The translations under genes and the position numbers were made by a program. Shown one piece after another: positions 10,079 through 23,261 of a DNA stretch of 64,000 nt. The notes below the pieces were generated by a model that searched no databases, had not been told where the DNA came from, and saw only the letters and a list, made by a program, of their open reading frames with translations. Origin of the DNA: Dictyostelium discoideum (Eukaryota); assembly GCA_000004695.1 (NCBI GenBank), contig CM000152.2:3616001-3680000 (forward strand), in the 5' to 3' direction. How positions within the stretch are numbered: position 1 is the first letter of the stretch; each line of letters opens with the position of its first letter.

Positions 10079-10749
10079 GAAAAAATAAAAACAAATAAAA
10101 AATAAATAAAAATAAAAAATAAATAAAATAAAAAAAAAATAAATAAATAAATAAAATAAATAAATAAATAAATAAATAAATAAATTAAAAAATTAATGTA
10201 TGAATTAGTAAATAAATAAATTAATATTTTTACTAATTTTTTTTTTTTTTATTTTCAAATTAGAGAATGATCATTTGGTATTACAGAGAAACTAGAAATC
10301 CAGCGATAGACTTGTTCAAAATCTTTTTTAAGCCAATACAACGCTCAATTAAATTATTATTTTTTAAAATCACATATTCACAACTATACAGTGTCAATAA
10401 TCAAAGCGCTTTGAAAATTTAAAGTACATAACAAAAAAAAAAAAAAAAATTAAACAGTGCAGGAATTGATTTTTCAATTAAATGAAATTAAAAAAAGAAA
10501 AATCTCACTATTTCCACGATTATTGTTTCTATTAATACTATAACCTCATTATTATTATTACCATTTATATTAATATTATTATAATTATTTTTATTATTTT
10601 TTTTTTTTTGTTCACCCCCAATAAATTTATCACAAAATATGTCCTCATTCATTAGTTATTAAAGAAACTAAAAATAAAATAAAACAATAAATATAATTAT
10701 AATAACAAAATAAAATAAAATAAAATAAAATAAAATAAAATAAAATAAA

Positions 10750-11247
10750 ATGTTATTAGAAATTCTCAACAGTTTAGTATCATTTTTTAGTAAGATATTC
10801 TCATTATTTGAAGGTAAAAAAGATATAAGAATAATAATGATTGGACTTGACCGTGTAGGTAATCCAATACTTTTATATAAATTAAAAGTAGGAGATGTTG
10901 TTTCAACCATTCCATCCATTGGATTCAATGTTGAACTATTGAATATAAAAATTTAAATGATAGTTTAGGATGTAGGTGGCCAGTATTAAATTGGCACATT
11001 ACAGAAACACTATAATCATGGTTCAAATGAAATCATCTTTGTAGTGGATAGAACTAATTGTGAAAGAATTAATCAAGTTAATGAAGAAGTTGATAATCTT
11101 TAATTCAAGATGAATTAAAAGGTAAATTCTTTAAATTTAAATTCAATTAAAGATAGAAAATGGTATATTCAACCATGTAGTGCCATTAAATCAAATGATA
11201 TATATGAAGGATTTGATTGGATTGCAAATTCACTCAATAATGAATAA
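10750..11247 (+). pseudogene. ARF (ADP-ribosylation factor) family GTPase pseudogene, copy A
   Basis: [34 protein letters not shown]...VSTIPSIGFNVE...IFVVDRTNCERINQV...NKQD...WYIQPCSAIKS...YEGFDWIANSLNNE, with in-frame stops and deletions. An (AAAAT)n tract precedes the ATG. Confidence 0.55.
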
Positions 11248-11639
11248 ATAAATGAAATAAATTAATAAATAAAAACCTTGTATATTTATATATATATATA
11301 TATATAGTAAAAATAAATAAATAAATAAATAATGTTAAATTAAATTTTTTATTTTATCTTTATTTATTTTATTTTAAGTTTTTTAAGTTTTAATTTTACA
11401 CATATGTGATTTGTGATTTTAAATTCACATTTTCTTTTTATTTTATTTGAAACAGTTTTTTACACCAACTTCTTTTAATTTTTTATGATTTTCTTTTGCA
11501 ATAATCATCCTAACAATATTTTTAAAAAAAAAAAATAAAATAATTGGTTAGTTTATATTTTTTTAATAAAAAAAAAAATAATTTCTTACAATGAGTTGAT
11601 TTTAATTTGATTTCAAAAAAGAGAATAGAAATTTGAAAA

Positions 11640-12700
11640 TATGAAGATGGTTCTACTATTGATAAAAGTGATGGTGATGATTGAGTGAAGAAGCAGGACA
11701 ACTGTGATAAGCAGTCATTGATTCTGTATCATCGATTGCCAATAAAACTTGATGTTGTCTTTTGTTTGATTTACATTCTTTACTTCATCACCATCATCTT
11801 GTTCCATTTCTTGATAATCTAAAACTACTTTTTTTTTATCAAGATTTGTGAGATTTTCTAATTATTCCTTTGTGAATAGTTCTTTTTGATTTAAATCATT
11901 CAATTTATCATCTTCGCCATCTTGTTGTTGATCTTTTTCAAGTTTTCTTTTTCTTTTTCTTTTTCTTTTTCTTTTTCTTTTTCTTTTTCTTTTTCTTTTT
12001 GTTTTTGTTTAAATCGATCTTGTTTAAATTTTGATGTTGATATCTTTTTATTTTCGGTTGTTGTTAAGAAGAACGGTTCTTCCACTCATTACTTGAATCA
12101 CCCATTGATATATATTGATATGGATCAACTTGTTTTTGTTTCTTTGGTGGTCGTTGTGCGCTTGATTGTGGTGGTGGTAGTGGTTGAAATTTAAGAATTT
12201 TTAAGGGAACCTGTTTGTATCATTTTCAGATGGAATTGACTGGGCCATAAAACTATTGTTATCAGCATTATCTAGATTATATTAATCTTTCATGTATTCA
12301 TAAGTGTTGAAAATTTTGATTTACTAGCAGGTGTTTTATCTTTTAACGCCTAATGATTGCCCTGAATCTTTTGGTGTTCATCTTGTTCATTGTAGTTAGT
12401 GATGTTTGATCTTCTTCTGGTTGTTCTTTCTCTGGTTAATCAACTTCTAAATTGACTGAATCAATTTTTGTTGTGGATTTGATCAATTGGTACATTCTTT
12501 GGTGCTTGTAAACTACACCATCAGCTTTTAAGGCTGGTTGATAAGAGATAACCCATTTCCTCAACTCTTGGGATTAATCCATTTACAAAATTACTAATGT
12601 TATAATTCTTCTGAATGATTCAACATTTATTCTTCTGTTAAATCATTCATAATATCAAAATCTTTACGCATCTATTTATATATTTATAGAAAAAAAAAAA
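11640..12700 (-). pseudogene. Degenerate pseudogene (X), inverted copy of the region 29990-31840
   Basis: Reverse-strand translation MRKDFDIMNDLTEE*MLNHSEEL...DNIKFYWQS carries many stops. DNIKFY.QS and the surrounding sequence match 30990-31100 on the plus strand. Confidence 0.3.
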
Positions 12701-13525
12701 TTTATAATTATTAATGTTATATTTGAAAAAAAAAAAAAATTATTAAAAAAATAAAAAAAAACTTACTTTATCATTTAAACCAGTTCTGGAATTGAACAAA
12801 TTGTTTGTTTTACACTTCTCATTTTAACTTCAGATTTAAGTAATGGTTGAGTTAAATCGGCGATTTTGTATATTGGATATTTCTTTTGGTAGTATTCCAA
12901 AAATATAGTTGTACCCTCAATAATATCGGTTACTTTTGAATTTGGACCTTTACATAATATAACGAGTTACAACAACTGGTGTTTAATAAGTTTTACCCAT
13001 TAATGAATATTCCATTGATCTCATAAACTATTTTGATTTTTAAAAAGTATTAAAAAAAAATAAAATAAAATAAAAAGATGAATATGGTTATACAAAAATT
13101 AAAAACTTACAGATTTAATTAAAATATAAAAGAGTTGAAATTATTGATTTATCATTGACTTGTATCATTTATCTCTTGCTATTTACGCTGGTGAGAAATT
13201 GGTTGATTTTGGTTTCTGGAACAGTTGCAATATCTTGGATATCATCATTATCATCTCCAACTAAATCTTTTCTTGAAATTCTTACATCTTGTGGAGCAGC
13301 CGAGGTCTAAACATAAACTGTAAAAAAAAAAAATTGAAATAATAAAAATGAAAATATATATAAACAAATTCTCAATAATAAATAAATAAATAAATAAAAG
13401 CCTTGTATATAGTAAAAAAAAAAAATGAAAAAAAAAAAAAAAAAAAAAAAAAATTTTTTATTTATATAAAAAAAAAACCATATATTTTCACATTTTAAAA
13501 TTTTTTTTGGCGCTTTTTTTTTTCA

Positions 13526-13561
<36 letters not shown>

Positions 13562-13992
13562 AGGTTAATGAAATTTCATGTTCAACACTTTTTAATATAC
13601 CACTAGATAACCAATATAAAATTGAATTAACAATAATAAATCAACGACTGAAAAAAAAAAAATGCAAATGCACTTATACGTTTTAGGTTGTAGTTTGCTT
13701 ATATGCAAAGTCAGTAAAATTTATCAGTGTTCTTTATTTAGTATAAAAGTTGTAATTAATAATTAATAATTAATAATTAATAATATATATATATATATTA
13801 TAATATATTAATCAATTTCATTCAACCAAACCAAAACAATCGCCCAAAGAGGTGGTAATGGTCCTCATTCATTAGTTATTAAAGAAATAAAAAATAAAAT
13901 AATAAAATAAAACAAATAAATATAATTAAAATAATAACAAAATAATAAAATAAAAAGCAATAAAATAAAATAAAATAAATTAAAAATAAAAT

Positions 13993-14493
13993 TTTATCAG
14001 AATTTTCAACAGTTTAGCATCATTTTTCTGTAAGATATTCTCATTAGTTGAAGGTAAACCAATACTTTTATATAAATACAAAATAGGTGATGTTGTTTCA
14101 ACCATTCCAACCATTGGATTCAATGTTGAACTATTGAATATTAAAATTTATCGATGACAGTTTGGGATGTAGGTAGTGAGTATTAAATTGACACATTATA
14201 GAAACACTATTACCATGGTTCAAATGCAATCATCTTTGTAGTGGATAGTACTGATCGTGAAAGAATTAGCCAAGTTAAAGAAGAAATTGATAATCTTTTA
14301 ACTCAAGATGAAATAAAAGGTATACAAATATTAATATTTGCAAATAAACAAGATATGGATAATGCAATGAATACTGCAGAAATGTGAACTCTGTAAATTT
14401 AAATTCAATTAAGGATAGGGATCAACCATGCAGTGCCATTAAATCACCACACGGTATATATGAAGGATTTGATTGGGTACCCAATAATTAATA
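13993..14493 (+). pseudogene. ARF-family GTPase pseudogene, copy B (N-terminal P-loop region deleted)
   Basis: Same gene as 10750 and 27332. Retains [66 protein letters not shown] and YEGFDW. Contains stops. Followed at 14625-14668 by the conserved flank ttttacacatatgtgatttgtgattttaaatttacat. Confidence 0.5.
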
Positions 14494-14671
14494 AATAAAT
14501 GAAATAAACAAAATAAATAAATAAAAGCCTTGTATATATAGTAAAAATAAAATAAAGATATAATAAAAAATTTTAATTTAACATTTATTTATTTATTTAT
14601 TTATTTTATTTTTAGTTAAGTTTTAATTTTACACATATGTGATTTGTGATTTTAAATTTACATTTTTTTTT

Positions 14672-17406
14672 TTAAAATTTTTTACCTATAAATTTTTTCA
14701 CACGAAAAGGTATTTTAAAGTAATAGGCAAGAGCACCGATAGCAAGAGCACCACCAACACTACCAATTGTAGAACCTATTATTAAACCATTTGATGGTTT
14801 GGATGATTTAGTTTCAACATCTCTTTGACTAACGTTTGGTGATGGAGATAATTTAATTTCTTCAATTGTGACATTATATTGAAATGATGTTGAGTTAAAT
14901 AGGAGATATAATACTCCTGATGTATTTTTCACACTTGAACCGGAATGGCATGATAAACAATCAGTATTACTATTTGTAATATTAGTTTCACTTGAATCAC
15001 TATCATCAAGTATTTCATTTGGTGATAAACTACATTCTAAATTACATGAAAGAGGAACAGTTTCTGATGAAACTGTTAAGCTTGCATTGAGAATATCTGT
15101 AAAACTATAACCACGAATTATTGCTAAAATACCTTTTTCAATTTTATTTTCAATGGTTGGAATTTCTGAAATCATTGGTTTTATATAGGTCAATGTTGTA
15201 CTTGGTCCTGAACGAACTCCAATGAATGTTGTAACAAAGAGTGAACTCTCTCTACTTTCATCTCTAACTATTAATATCTTTTCATCTTGAGCAAATACTG
15301 TGGTATTTTTATTATTTGATTTTACATTAACTTTGAATTCTTTGTCACTTGTCAATAAATTCTTACCAGAAACTGTGATAAGACCTCCACAAGCAAGTGT
15401 TTTATTATCTTTATTTGTTATACGATAAATGACAGGAGGTAATGTTAAATAAAATAATGAATCCATATAATTACCATCTACAGTAATATTAATTGGGCCA
15501 TTTTCATATGAATCCAATATTTTAATAGTTAATTGATGATCTTCTAATTCTTGAATTTCTGATGAAATGTCACTACCATTTAAATAAACTTTAATTAATG
15601 ATGTTGAATTACCAAAATTATTACCGTGTAATTCAATATTAGTTCCATCATCAGAAATTGTACGATTCTCAACTTCTGGTGGTGCATATGAGAATTGATC
15701 ACTGACTGTCTCTGAGTTTAATTTGAATATAAATTGTTTATTAATACCAGTACCGTATGGTGTTGGACATGTTGTTTCATAGTAACTAGAATTTGATGAT
15801 GGTATTGAACATGGTGAGGCTGATGATGAATCACCAACAGTAATACTTGGTGCTGATGAACTAATTGTACAATCCATATAATATATTTCAATATTTAATA
15901 TTCCATTTGATACTGTTGGTCTATTAATTACATTTACTGATAATGATGCTGAAATTGAAAGTGTTTTTGCGGTAATACCAGAACGAGTGAAATTAATATT
16001 AAATGATCTACATCTTAAATGAGGTAATTCAAATGTTACACTCTTTTCATCAGATGATGATACATTAAATTGGCTAATGTTTGTATTTTTAATTCCATCA
16101 CCATATAATTGAATGGATGATTCGTTATTTGTACCAAGATTTGTACCAATTAATGTAACGATACCATTAGAATATGATCCACTTGATAATGTCGGAATAT
16201 TATATGTAAATGATACACCATTAGGACTTGTTGAATCACAACCACCGAAATTAACGTTAACTGGTAAGTTTTTACCACCCAATTCATTTGCATCCAATTT
16301 ACATTCCAATTCAGTTGTTGTTGATTTAATAAATTTACATACTTTATCACCAATTGTAATTGATGGTGTCAATGATGAATTTAAAGTTGAAGATAATTTT
16401 TCACCTTTAATTGTAACAATACCATCTAAATGATTTGATACTGATGATATTGATGTTATTATTGCTGGGAAACAATGAATATAATTCTTTTCTATTGAGA
16501 CCTCATCTACGGTAATATTAACAGACATTGGACCGGGATCAACTCTATTATAGTTATTCACTTGAATTTGTTTATGATTTACTGAAATGATAAAATTGGG
16601 TTGGTCAATACCATCAAAAGAAACCTTAACCAAGTCTTTATCTGTAAAGAAGTTATCACCATTAATTGTTATTATTTGTTTTGATGAGTCTGAGACAGAG
16701 CTTGATATTATAGGCGATTCGTATGAAAATGGTACAGGATTATCCCCAGTTTCATCATAGTACAACCTAAATTTTCCGGATCCTGGTGGAAATGTTACAG
16801 TAATATTATTACAGTCAAAAGATGGATCAGAGAAATTACCTTTAACAACAAAAGGTTTATTTACATCAATGGAATTAATAAGGAAATTAGGACCACCAAA
16901 TAATCTTAAATATGAGCCAGTAATGACTATATCTTCACCAGATGTTTTTGGTTTTTTACTATATTTCAAATTGTATACTTTTGGATAATATACTAAACCC
17001 GAAGCATCAAATGTACAATCCTCAACAGTATTTGATTTATCTCTAACACATACCTTACTGTCTATACTACCCCATAATCTTGAGAATGGTTCATCTGAAT
17101 GGAATAAACAATGTCTCTCTCCATCAACTAGAGAACAATTGAAATAATTTGGTGCCATTTCAGTTCTGGGTTCTTTTTCGTTTTTATACAAAATTAAACG
17201 GGTAGAATATGGGAGATTACTATTAAAAATTAATGTAAATGATTTATCATCATATATTGCATCTAATAAAAAAAATTAATTACATAAACAAATTATTATA
17301 AAGAATTAAAAATTTAATGATACTTACCTATTGGTGTTGGAGGATTCATTGAATATCCTGATATAAAGAACAAAAATAAAATCAGTAATATTATTTTCTT
17401 TTCCAT
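14672..17406 (-). CDS. tgrC1: IPT/TIG-repeat single-pass membrane glycoprotein of the tiger (Tgr) family. Short cytoplasmic tail, so TgrC1-like. Two exons, 889 aa.
   Basis: Exon 1 is 17406..17328 (ATG, then signal peptide [26 protein letters not shown], phase 1). Donor is GTAAGT and the intron is 17327..17263 (65 bp). Exon 2 is 17262..14672, in phase. Many NxS/T sites and repeated ~90-aa beta-rich modules with ITG.NLG motifs. C-terminal [25 protein letters not shown] followed by a 14-aa tail. Head-to-head with the paralog at 17930. The paralog number is tentative. Confidence 0.6.
16113..16433 (+). other. Antisense ORF inside tgrC1 exon 2, not a gene
   Basis: Fully embedded opposite a well-supported CDS. 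Confidence 0.1.
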
Positions 17407-17597
17407 TTTTATCAATGATTTTTTTTATTTTGAATTTGGCTTTTTAATAATTTTTATAAAAGAAAATTAAAAAAGAGAAATTTAATTATTTTAGGAAAAT
17501 TTAATTTTTATTAAATAGATAAAAAAAGATTAAAAAAAAAATTAATTTATAATAAATGTAGAAAAAAAAAATAAAAAAATAAAAAAATAAAAAAATA

Positions 17598-17628
<31 letters not shown>

Positions 17629-17929
17629 TAAATAAATATATAAATTAAAAAAACAAAATAAAATAAAAAAATAAATAATAATAATGAAAAAAAACCATAA
17701 AATTCTAAAAATAGAGGCTATCTGGTGAATGAGCTTGAGTGTGGTATTTCATTTATTTGAAAAGGGGTATTTTTTTTTTTGTTAAACCCCTTTTTCTAAA
17801 AATAAAAAAAAAATTTTATTTGGTAGGGGCAAATCATTTTTTTTTTTTATTATTAATAAAAATAAATTTTTTTTTATTTTTTTTATTTTTATTATTGTTT
17901 AAATTTATAATGCTACAAGTTTTACAAAA
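17407..17929. promoter_or_regulatory. Shared divergent promoter between the tgrC1-like and tgrB1-like genes. Contains a conserved ~110-bp block (17700-17810) with an 8-bp palindrome AAAAGGGG...CCCCTTTT.
   Basis: A 523-bp AT-rich intergenic lies between two divergent ATGs. The only GC-containing block, ctaaaaatagaggctatctggtgaatgagcttgagtgtggtatttc...aaaaggggtattttttttttgttaaacccctttttctaaaa, recurs at 24750-24850, upstream of the second tgrB-like copy. Confidence 0.5.
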
Positions 17930-20441
17930 ATGAAAGTAATATATATTTATTTGTTATTATTATTAGTTTGTAAATTTTTATTTGTTAAATCAAGTTGCTC
18001 TTTAAAAGTTGGAAAAATAGAATGTACAAAAGAATTAGAAACGTTTTTATTATATAATGAAACAGTTGTCAATGTAAAAATGGATACAAATGGAGTAAAA
18101 TATTATTTTAATGCACTCGAGTTTCCTTACAAGAATCTGTTATGCGATTTAAATATTGATATTAAATTCACACCAGAAATCCCATCATTCCCAAATATAC
18201 CTACAACAGGTGGAGACTTCGGGTTCACCTTCAACTTTCCTTGCGACTATAGGCGAAGAGTCAAACGAATAGAAATAGAAAGAACTATATTATCTCTCAG
18301 TTTTGATACAAGCAAAAATCAGTTCGTTACTTACTTGAATCCAGGGTGTGGTCCTTTCAATATTAGTAGTAGTGGGATTCAGATTTTGAGTACAACTTAT
18401 GAAACTGGTGCCATACCCAATGTACCAATTCTCGATGATGATAAAGGTATTTTAACTATTCAAGGTAGTAATCTCTACAATACATCAATTAAAATTTATT
18501 CAAATAACATTCTTAAAGACACCAACCCTAGTGGTGCACTAGATGCTTCCCATTCTTCTGTCACATTCTCCGCTGAAGAATTTTTAACCCCAAATAATTG
18601 GACAATTGAAGTCTCAATATGTGGCTCATTTTATAAGAGCTATTCCTTCCCATATTTTCCAAAGCTCGATAAAATGGAGGGGGTACTTAATGATAATGGT
18701 GGTAATATGGTATTTACTGGAAAGCATTTAAGACCAAAACACAATGTTACTGGTACTTTTGGTAATAAAACTATTGAGTGTCTCACATCCAATTCTTCAA
18801 AAAGCATAACATGTACCATTCCAAGTCGTAAAAACTATGGTTTTCTTGGTTATGATATTCCTGTAACAATTACTGTAAGTAGGATACAATATATATATTA
18901 TAAATACATATTGTTATCATATAACATTACTAATTATTTTTTAAATAATATTTTATTAATAGATTGACGGTGAATATAAATCAAATACAATTAAAATATC
19001 TTATGATCTTCCATTGATTCAAAGTGTTTCACAAAGGGGTAATTCACAGATTTTCGATGTGACCGGTGTGTATTTTTCTGGTGTTAAGAATATGACTGTA
19101 ATTACTGGTAAAAACATGAAAACTGATATTATCCAAAAGAAAACTGCAACATTGGAAGAACCTGGATTTTTTATTGAAAGTAATTATACCATTTTTATAT
19201 TCCTACCAAATAATACTCAACCTGGTTTTATGAACCTTGTTGTTGGTGACGGTGGTAGTGAAACATTTACATCTCCAAGATATAATTTCAAGATCACTCC
19301 AACTATTACTGCTGGCCAAACCTTCAACTCAACTACAAGTGGTAATGATTTAGAAATTAAAGGCATCTTTATGAGAACTGTTGATTCTGATGGTAGAGAT
19401 GTTCCACTAACAGTCAATAGTGGGTCTGGTGGTCTTGTTTGCAATCCATTAAAAGATGGTGATGGTTTATTATTCACCTGTGTTCTAGGACCTGGTTTCG
19501 GTTCAAGCCATACAATGAACGTTTACTATAATCTTATACCCATTGGATCATTTACCGTTAGCTACAATCCTCCATACCTTGGCACAAGTGAACAAGAAAA
19601 AGATGGGACCATTAAAATGAATGGTAAGGACTTAGGGGAATCTGTTAAGGATTCAATTATGACCGTTGTTTATTCTGATGGTAATACAGTAAATGGAACC
19701 GTAATTAAAAGTAGTCATACTTCTCTTATATTTAGGTATCCTATAGGCAATAGAAACACTGCAAGCTATATATTCCAACTTGGTGATCAAAAGAGTAATA
19801 AGGCAGGTCCATTCACTTTGAAACCTATTATTGAAAACACTGATCCTGCTGTACCATGTGGCGGTGGAGTGGTTACTATCAATGGTCATTACTTTTTTAA
19901 CTATACCAAAGATACCACAACTATTACCATTGGTAAAGTACCATGTAATATTTCTTCAATTAGTGAAACAACCATTGAATGTGTAATTGTACCAAATCTT
20001 AGATCTCTTTCTCCATACTACACATCTGGCACTAAACCATTAGTAATCAGTAGCTCAAATCCTGGTACTGAAAAGGTCTACCAATTGACACCTGCAGGTC
20101 TAAACTATAAGTTTGCACCACCAACCATTACAAATACATCTGCAATTGATCAAACCGCTTTAATTACTATATATGGTACATCATTTGGTGATGCAAATCT
20201 TGAAATTCTAATCAATGATAAACCATGTACACAACCTGAAATTAACATTCACACCTATTCTAGTTTAACCTGTAATGTAACCAACTATGATGAAATGAAA
20301 ATATATAACTACTCTAATACTAAATTCAATATTAGTATCTCTGTTGATGGTCAGTACTTTATTGCTGATATTTTCCAATTTAAATGTAAGTTACATACAA
20401 TCATATCATTCTCTATCTTATTATTTATTACTATTGCTGTA

Positions 20442-20479
<38 letters not shown>

Positions 20480-20846
20480 TTATTATATTACTGTATATTA
20501 TAAAGATGAATCAGGAATTATTTATAGTGAAAACAAATCAACAGGATTTCCAAATGAGATGTATCTCGGTTTTGTTGTTTTTGTAATATTTATAGCATTA
20601 ATTTCATTTGCCGCTAAAAATCAGATTGAAAAATATTTTGAAGAGAGAAAATCCAGAAAAGCATTTAGATCACTTGATAATTTACGTCTAAAACTTCGTC
20701 AGAAACATGCTACTGAAATCGCCAAACATTACACATTTGGTGAACAAAGTGCTCCAAAGCCAGATAAAAGTACCTTCTATGATATAAGAAAGAAATTATC
20801 TAGACTTCCACTCATCAGACGTTGTTTCAAAGAACATACTGATTAA
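17930..20846 (+). CDS. tgrB1: IPT/TIG-repeat single-pass membrane glycoprotein of the tiger (Tgr) family with a ~76-aa cytoplasmic tail, so TgrB1-like. Three exons, 902 aa.
   Basis: Exon 1 is 17930..18874 (signal peptide MKVIYIYLLLLLVCKFLFVKSS, phase 0) and its donor is GTAAGT. Exon 2 is 18963..20385 (phase 0 in, phase 1 out) and its donor is GTAAGT. Exon 3 is 20506..20846 and encodes TM YLGFVVFVIFIALISFAA plus a basic tail ending ...RRCFKEHTD*. All phases check. N-glycosylation sites and IPT-like modules are present. The paralog number is tentative. Confidence 0.6.
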
Positions 20847-21020
20847 ATAATAAACCAGCAGTAATAAATAATTTCATCCAAATCCAATAATATCCAATTT
20901 TAATTTAATTCAAAATCAAACCAATATGTAATCTATATCTTCTTTCCATCTCTTTTATACTATTATAATTTTACTTCATTCATAATATATTTAAATAAAT
21001 AAATAAATAAAAAAAAAAAA

Positions 21021-21063
<43 letters not shown>

Positions 21064-21269
21064 AAATAGTTACTTAATTATTTTGTGTTGCATTGTTGAA
21101 AACATTGAAAAAACATTCAATTTCCTCAACTTTCATTCTACAATAGTTTCATACTATTTAATATATAAAATTATTGGGTGCAGGATAAGTTTATCAATTT
21201 ATTTATATATTTGTTCTGTTTTTGGCAGAAATAAAAATAAAAATAATGTGAGCGAAAATATGAAAATTT

Positions 21270-21300
<31 letters not shown>

Positions 21301-21719
21301 ATTTGGCACAGAAAAATAGAAGACTCAAAAATAATAAAAAAAAAATATTCAATATTATAATAAATTTATTTGAATAAAAAAAACGTTATTAATTTTTTTT
21401 TATTATTTTTCATTTATTTTTTTTAATCTTGGTCAAAAAAAAAAAGCATTTGGTGATCCATGGAACAATTTTTGCAAAATCAAAAAAAAAAAAAAATAAA
21501 AATATAAAAAAAGATATTTATTTTAAAAAAAAAATATCCAACAAAAAAACAAAAATTGTAATTTTTTTTTTTATTTTTTTTGATATACTATTGTTATGGG
21601 TAAAAATATTGTGTTTATTTGTTTTTTTTTTTTTTTTTTTTTTTTTTGATATACTATGGGTAAAAATTTGAAAAGGTACACTGTTTTTTACTATGTTTTT
21701 TATAACTTTTTTTTTTTTT

Positions 21720-21960
21720 CACCCATTTTTTTTTATATGTTATTAATGTTTTTTGACTTTTTTTTTTTTTCCCATCACACTGTTTGATAATGTTTGTTTT
21801 ATTTGGTAGTGTTTTTATTTTTTTCACTTAATTTATTTAGTTATGTTTGTAATATTTGTTTTTTCCCATCACACTGTTTGATAATGTTTGTTTTATTTGA
21901 TAGTGTTTTTATTTTTTTCACTTAATTTATTTAGTTATGTTTGTAATATTTGTTTTTTTT
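21720..21960. repeat. Tandem duplication of a ~110-bp unit, 2 copies
   Basis: cccatcacactgtttgataatgtttgttttatttg.tagtgtttttatttttttcacttaatttatttagttatgtttgtaatatttgtttttt occurs twice in tandem. Confidence 0.6.
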
Positions 21961-22435
21961 TTTCTCAAACTATTAATAATTATACTAATAACCATTACAA
22001 AATAAACTATGAAAGTTAACAATTTTTTTTTTTTTTATCAATTTGTTCGCTTTCTCAATGCATTTTGAGCTTGCAGAGATATAATTTATGAAAAAAAAAA
22101 AATAGAATTTTCAATGGGCTCAAAAATAATATTTTCCAGTGTGACCAGAACATATATCTTTTTTCTTTTTTTTTTTTTTTTTGTCATCTCATTTTCCAAC
22201 TCACCACTGTTTAATTTAAAAATAAATTTATTTTTAAAAAAAAAAAATAAAAATAAAATAAAAAATAAAAATAAAATAAAAAAATGAATAATTGAAAAAA
22301 AAAAAAAATAAAATGAAAAATGAATAATTGAAAAAAAAAAAAAATAAAAACCCCATTCAATTTTTTTTTTCTCTTTTTATATTTATTATATTACCTCTCT
22401 TTAAATCTATAATTAAATAATAGATTTACAAAAAT

Positions 22436-22828
22436 ATGAATGCAGAATTATTTCAATTTCCAAATAATAAAAAAAATTTAAAAAGAGCTCATGATGACAG
22501 TGATGAAGCCTTTTTCAATAAAAAGAATGATAATAGTTTAAAAGAATTCAGAACTGATGTTGTTTTTCAAGATTTTCAAGTAAACAATTATAATTATAAT
22601 TTTAATCAAACTCAACAAAACTTTTATTCAATGGGTAGCATCCAAAGCCACACACCAAGTATTGTAGTTCCAAATCCATCAATTTCAAAGCCTCCACAAC
22701 TAATAAATCAAAATAATATTAACATTCAATCATCAATTCCAAATATTAATATAACTAGTAATATTAACCAAAACAATTTAAACGTTTTAAATAGAAACCC
22801 AAAAAATTGTTTAAATCATTTTTTTTGA
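22436..22828 (+). CDS. Hypothetical Asn/Gln-rich 130-aa protein
   Basis: ATG at 22436. Moderately complex N-terminus (MNAELFQFPNNKKNLKRAHDDSDEAFF...). No domain recognised. Confidence 0.3.
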   Translation: MNAELFQFPNNKKNLKRAHDDSDEAFFNKKNDNSLKEFRTDVVFQDFQVNNYNYNFNQTQQNFYSMGSIQSHTPSIVVPNPSISKPPQLINQNNINIQSSIPNINITSNINQNNLNVLNRNPKNCLNHFF

Positions 22829-23181
22829 AAATAAAAAAAAATTAAAAAATTAAAAATTAAAAAATAAAATAAAATAAATTTAATTAATAAATCAGAGTCT
22901 AAACATTTTTTTAATTAATTATTTAAAATTAATAAATTAAATGAAGAAAATAAAATAAATTAATTCTATTTTATTTTAATTATTAAAGTAATAATTAATT
23001 AATAATTAAAAATATTATATTACAATTTTTTCAATCTTTTTACAATTTTTAAAATTTTCTTTATTTTTTATTTTTTATATATAATTATAGATGTTATGAA
23101 ACAATAAAATAATTATTTTTATTTTTTTTTATTTTTTTTTTTTAAAAATTAAAATAATTGAATGAATGTGTTTGTGGTAAG

Positions 23182-23214
<33 letters not shown>

Positions 23215-23261
23215 ATAATTTATCAGATATACCTGGGTCAACATTACAACCAACAGTTCTA

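Noticed and set aside
16113-16433. 106-aa and 67-aa ORFs opposite tgrC1 exon 2
   Set aside because: They are embedded antisense to a long, motif-rich CDS and have no independent support.
21083-21700. Small K/F-rich ORFs in the track (78-80 aa)
   Set aside because: They are translations of poly(A)/poly(T) and (AAAAT)n tracts with no complexity and no start context.
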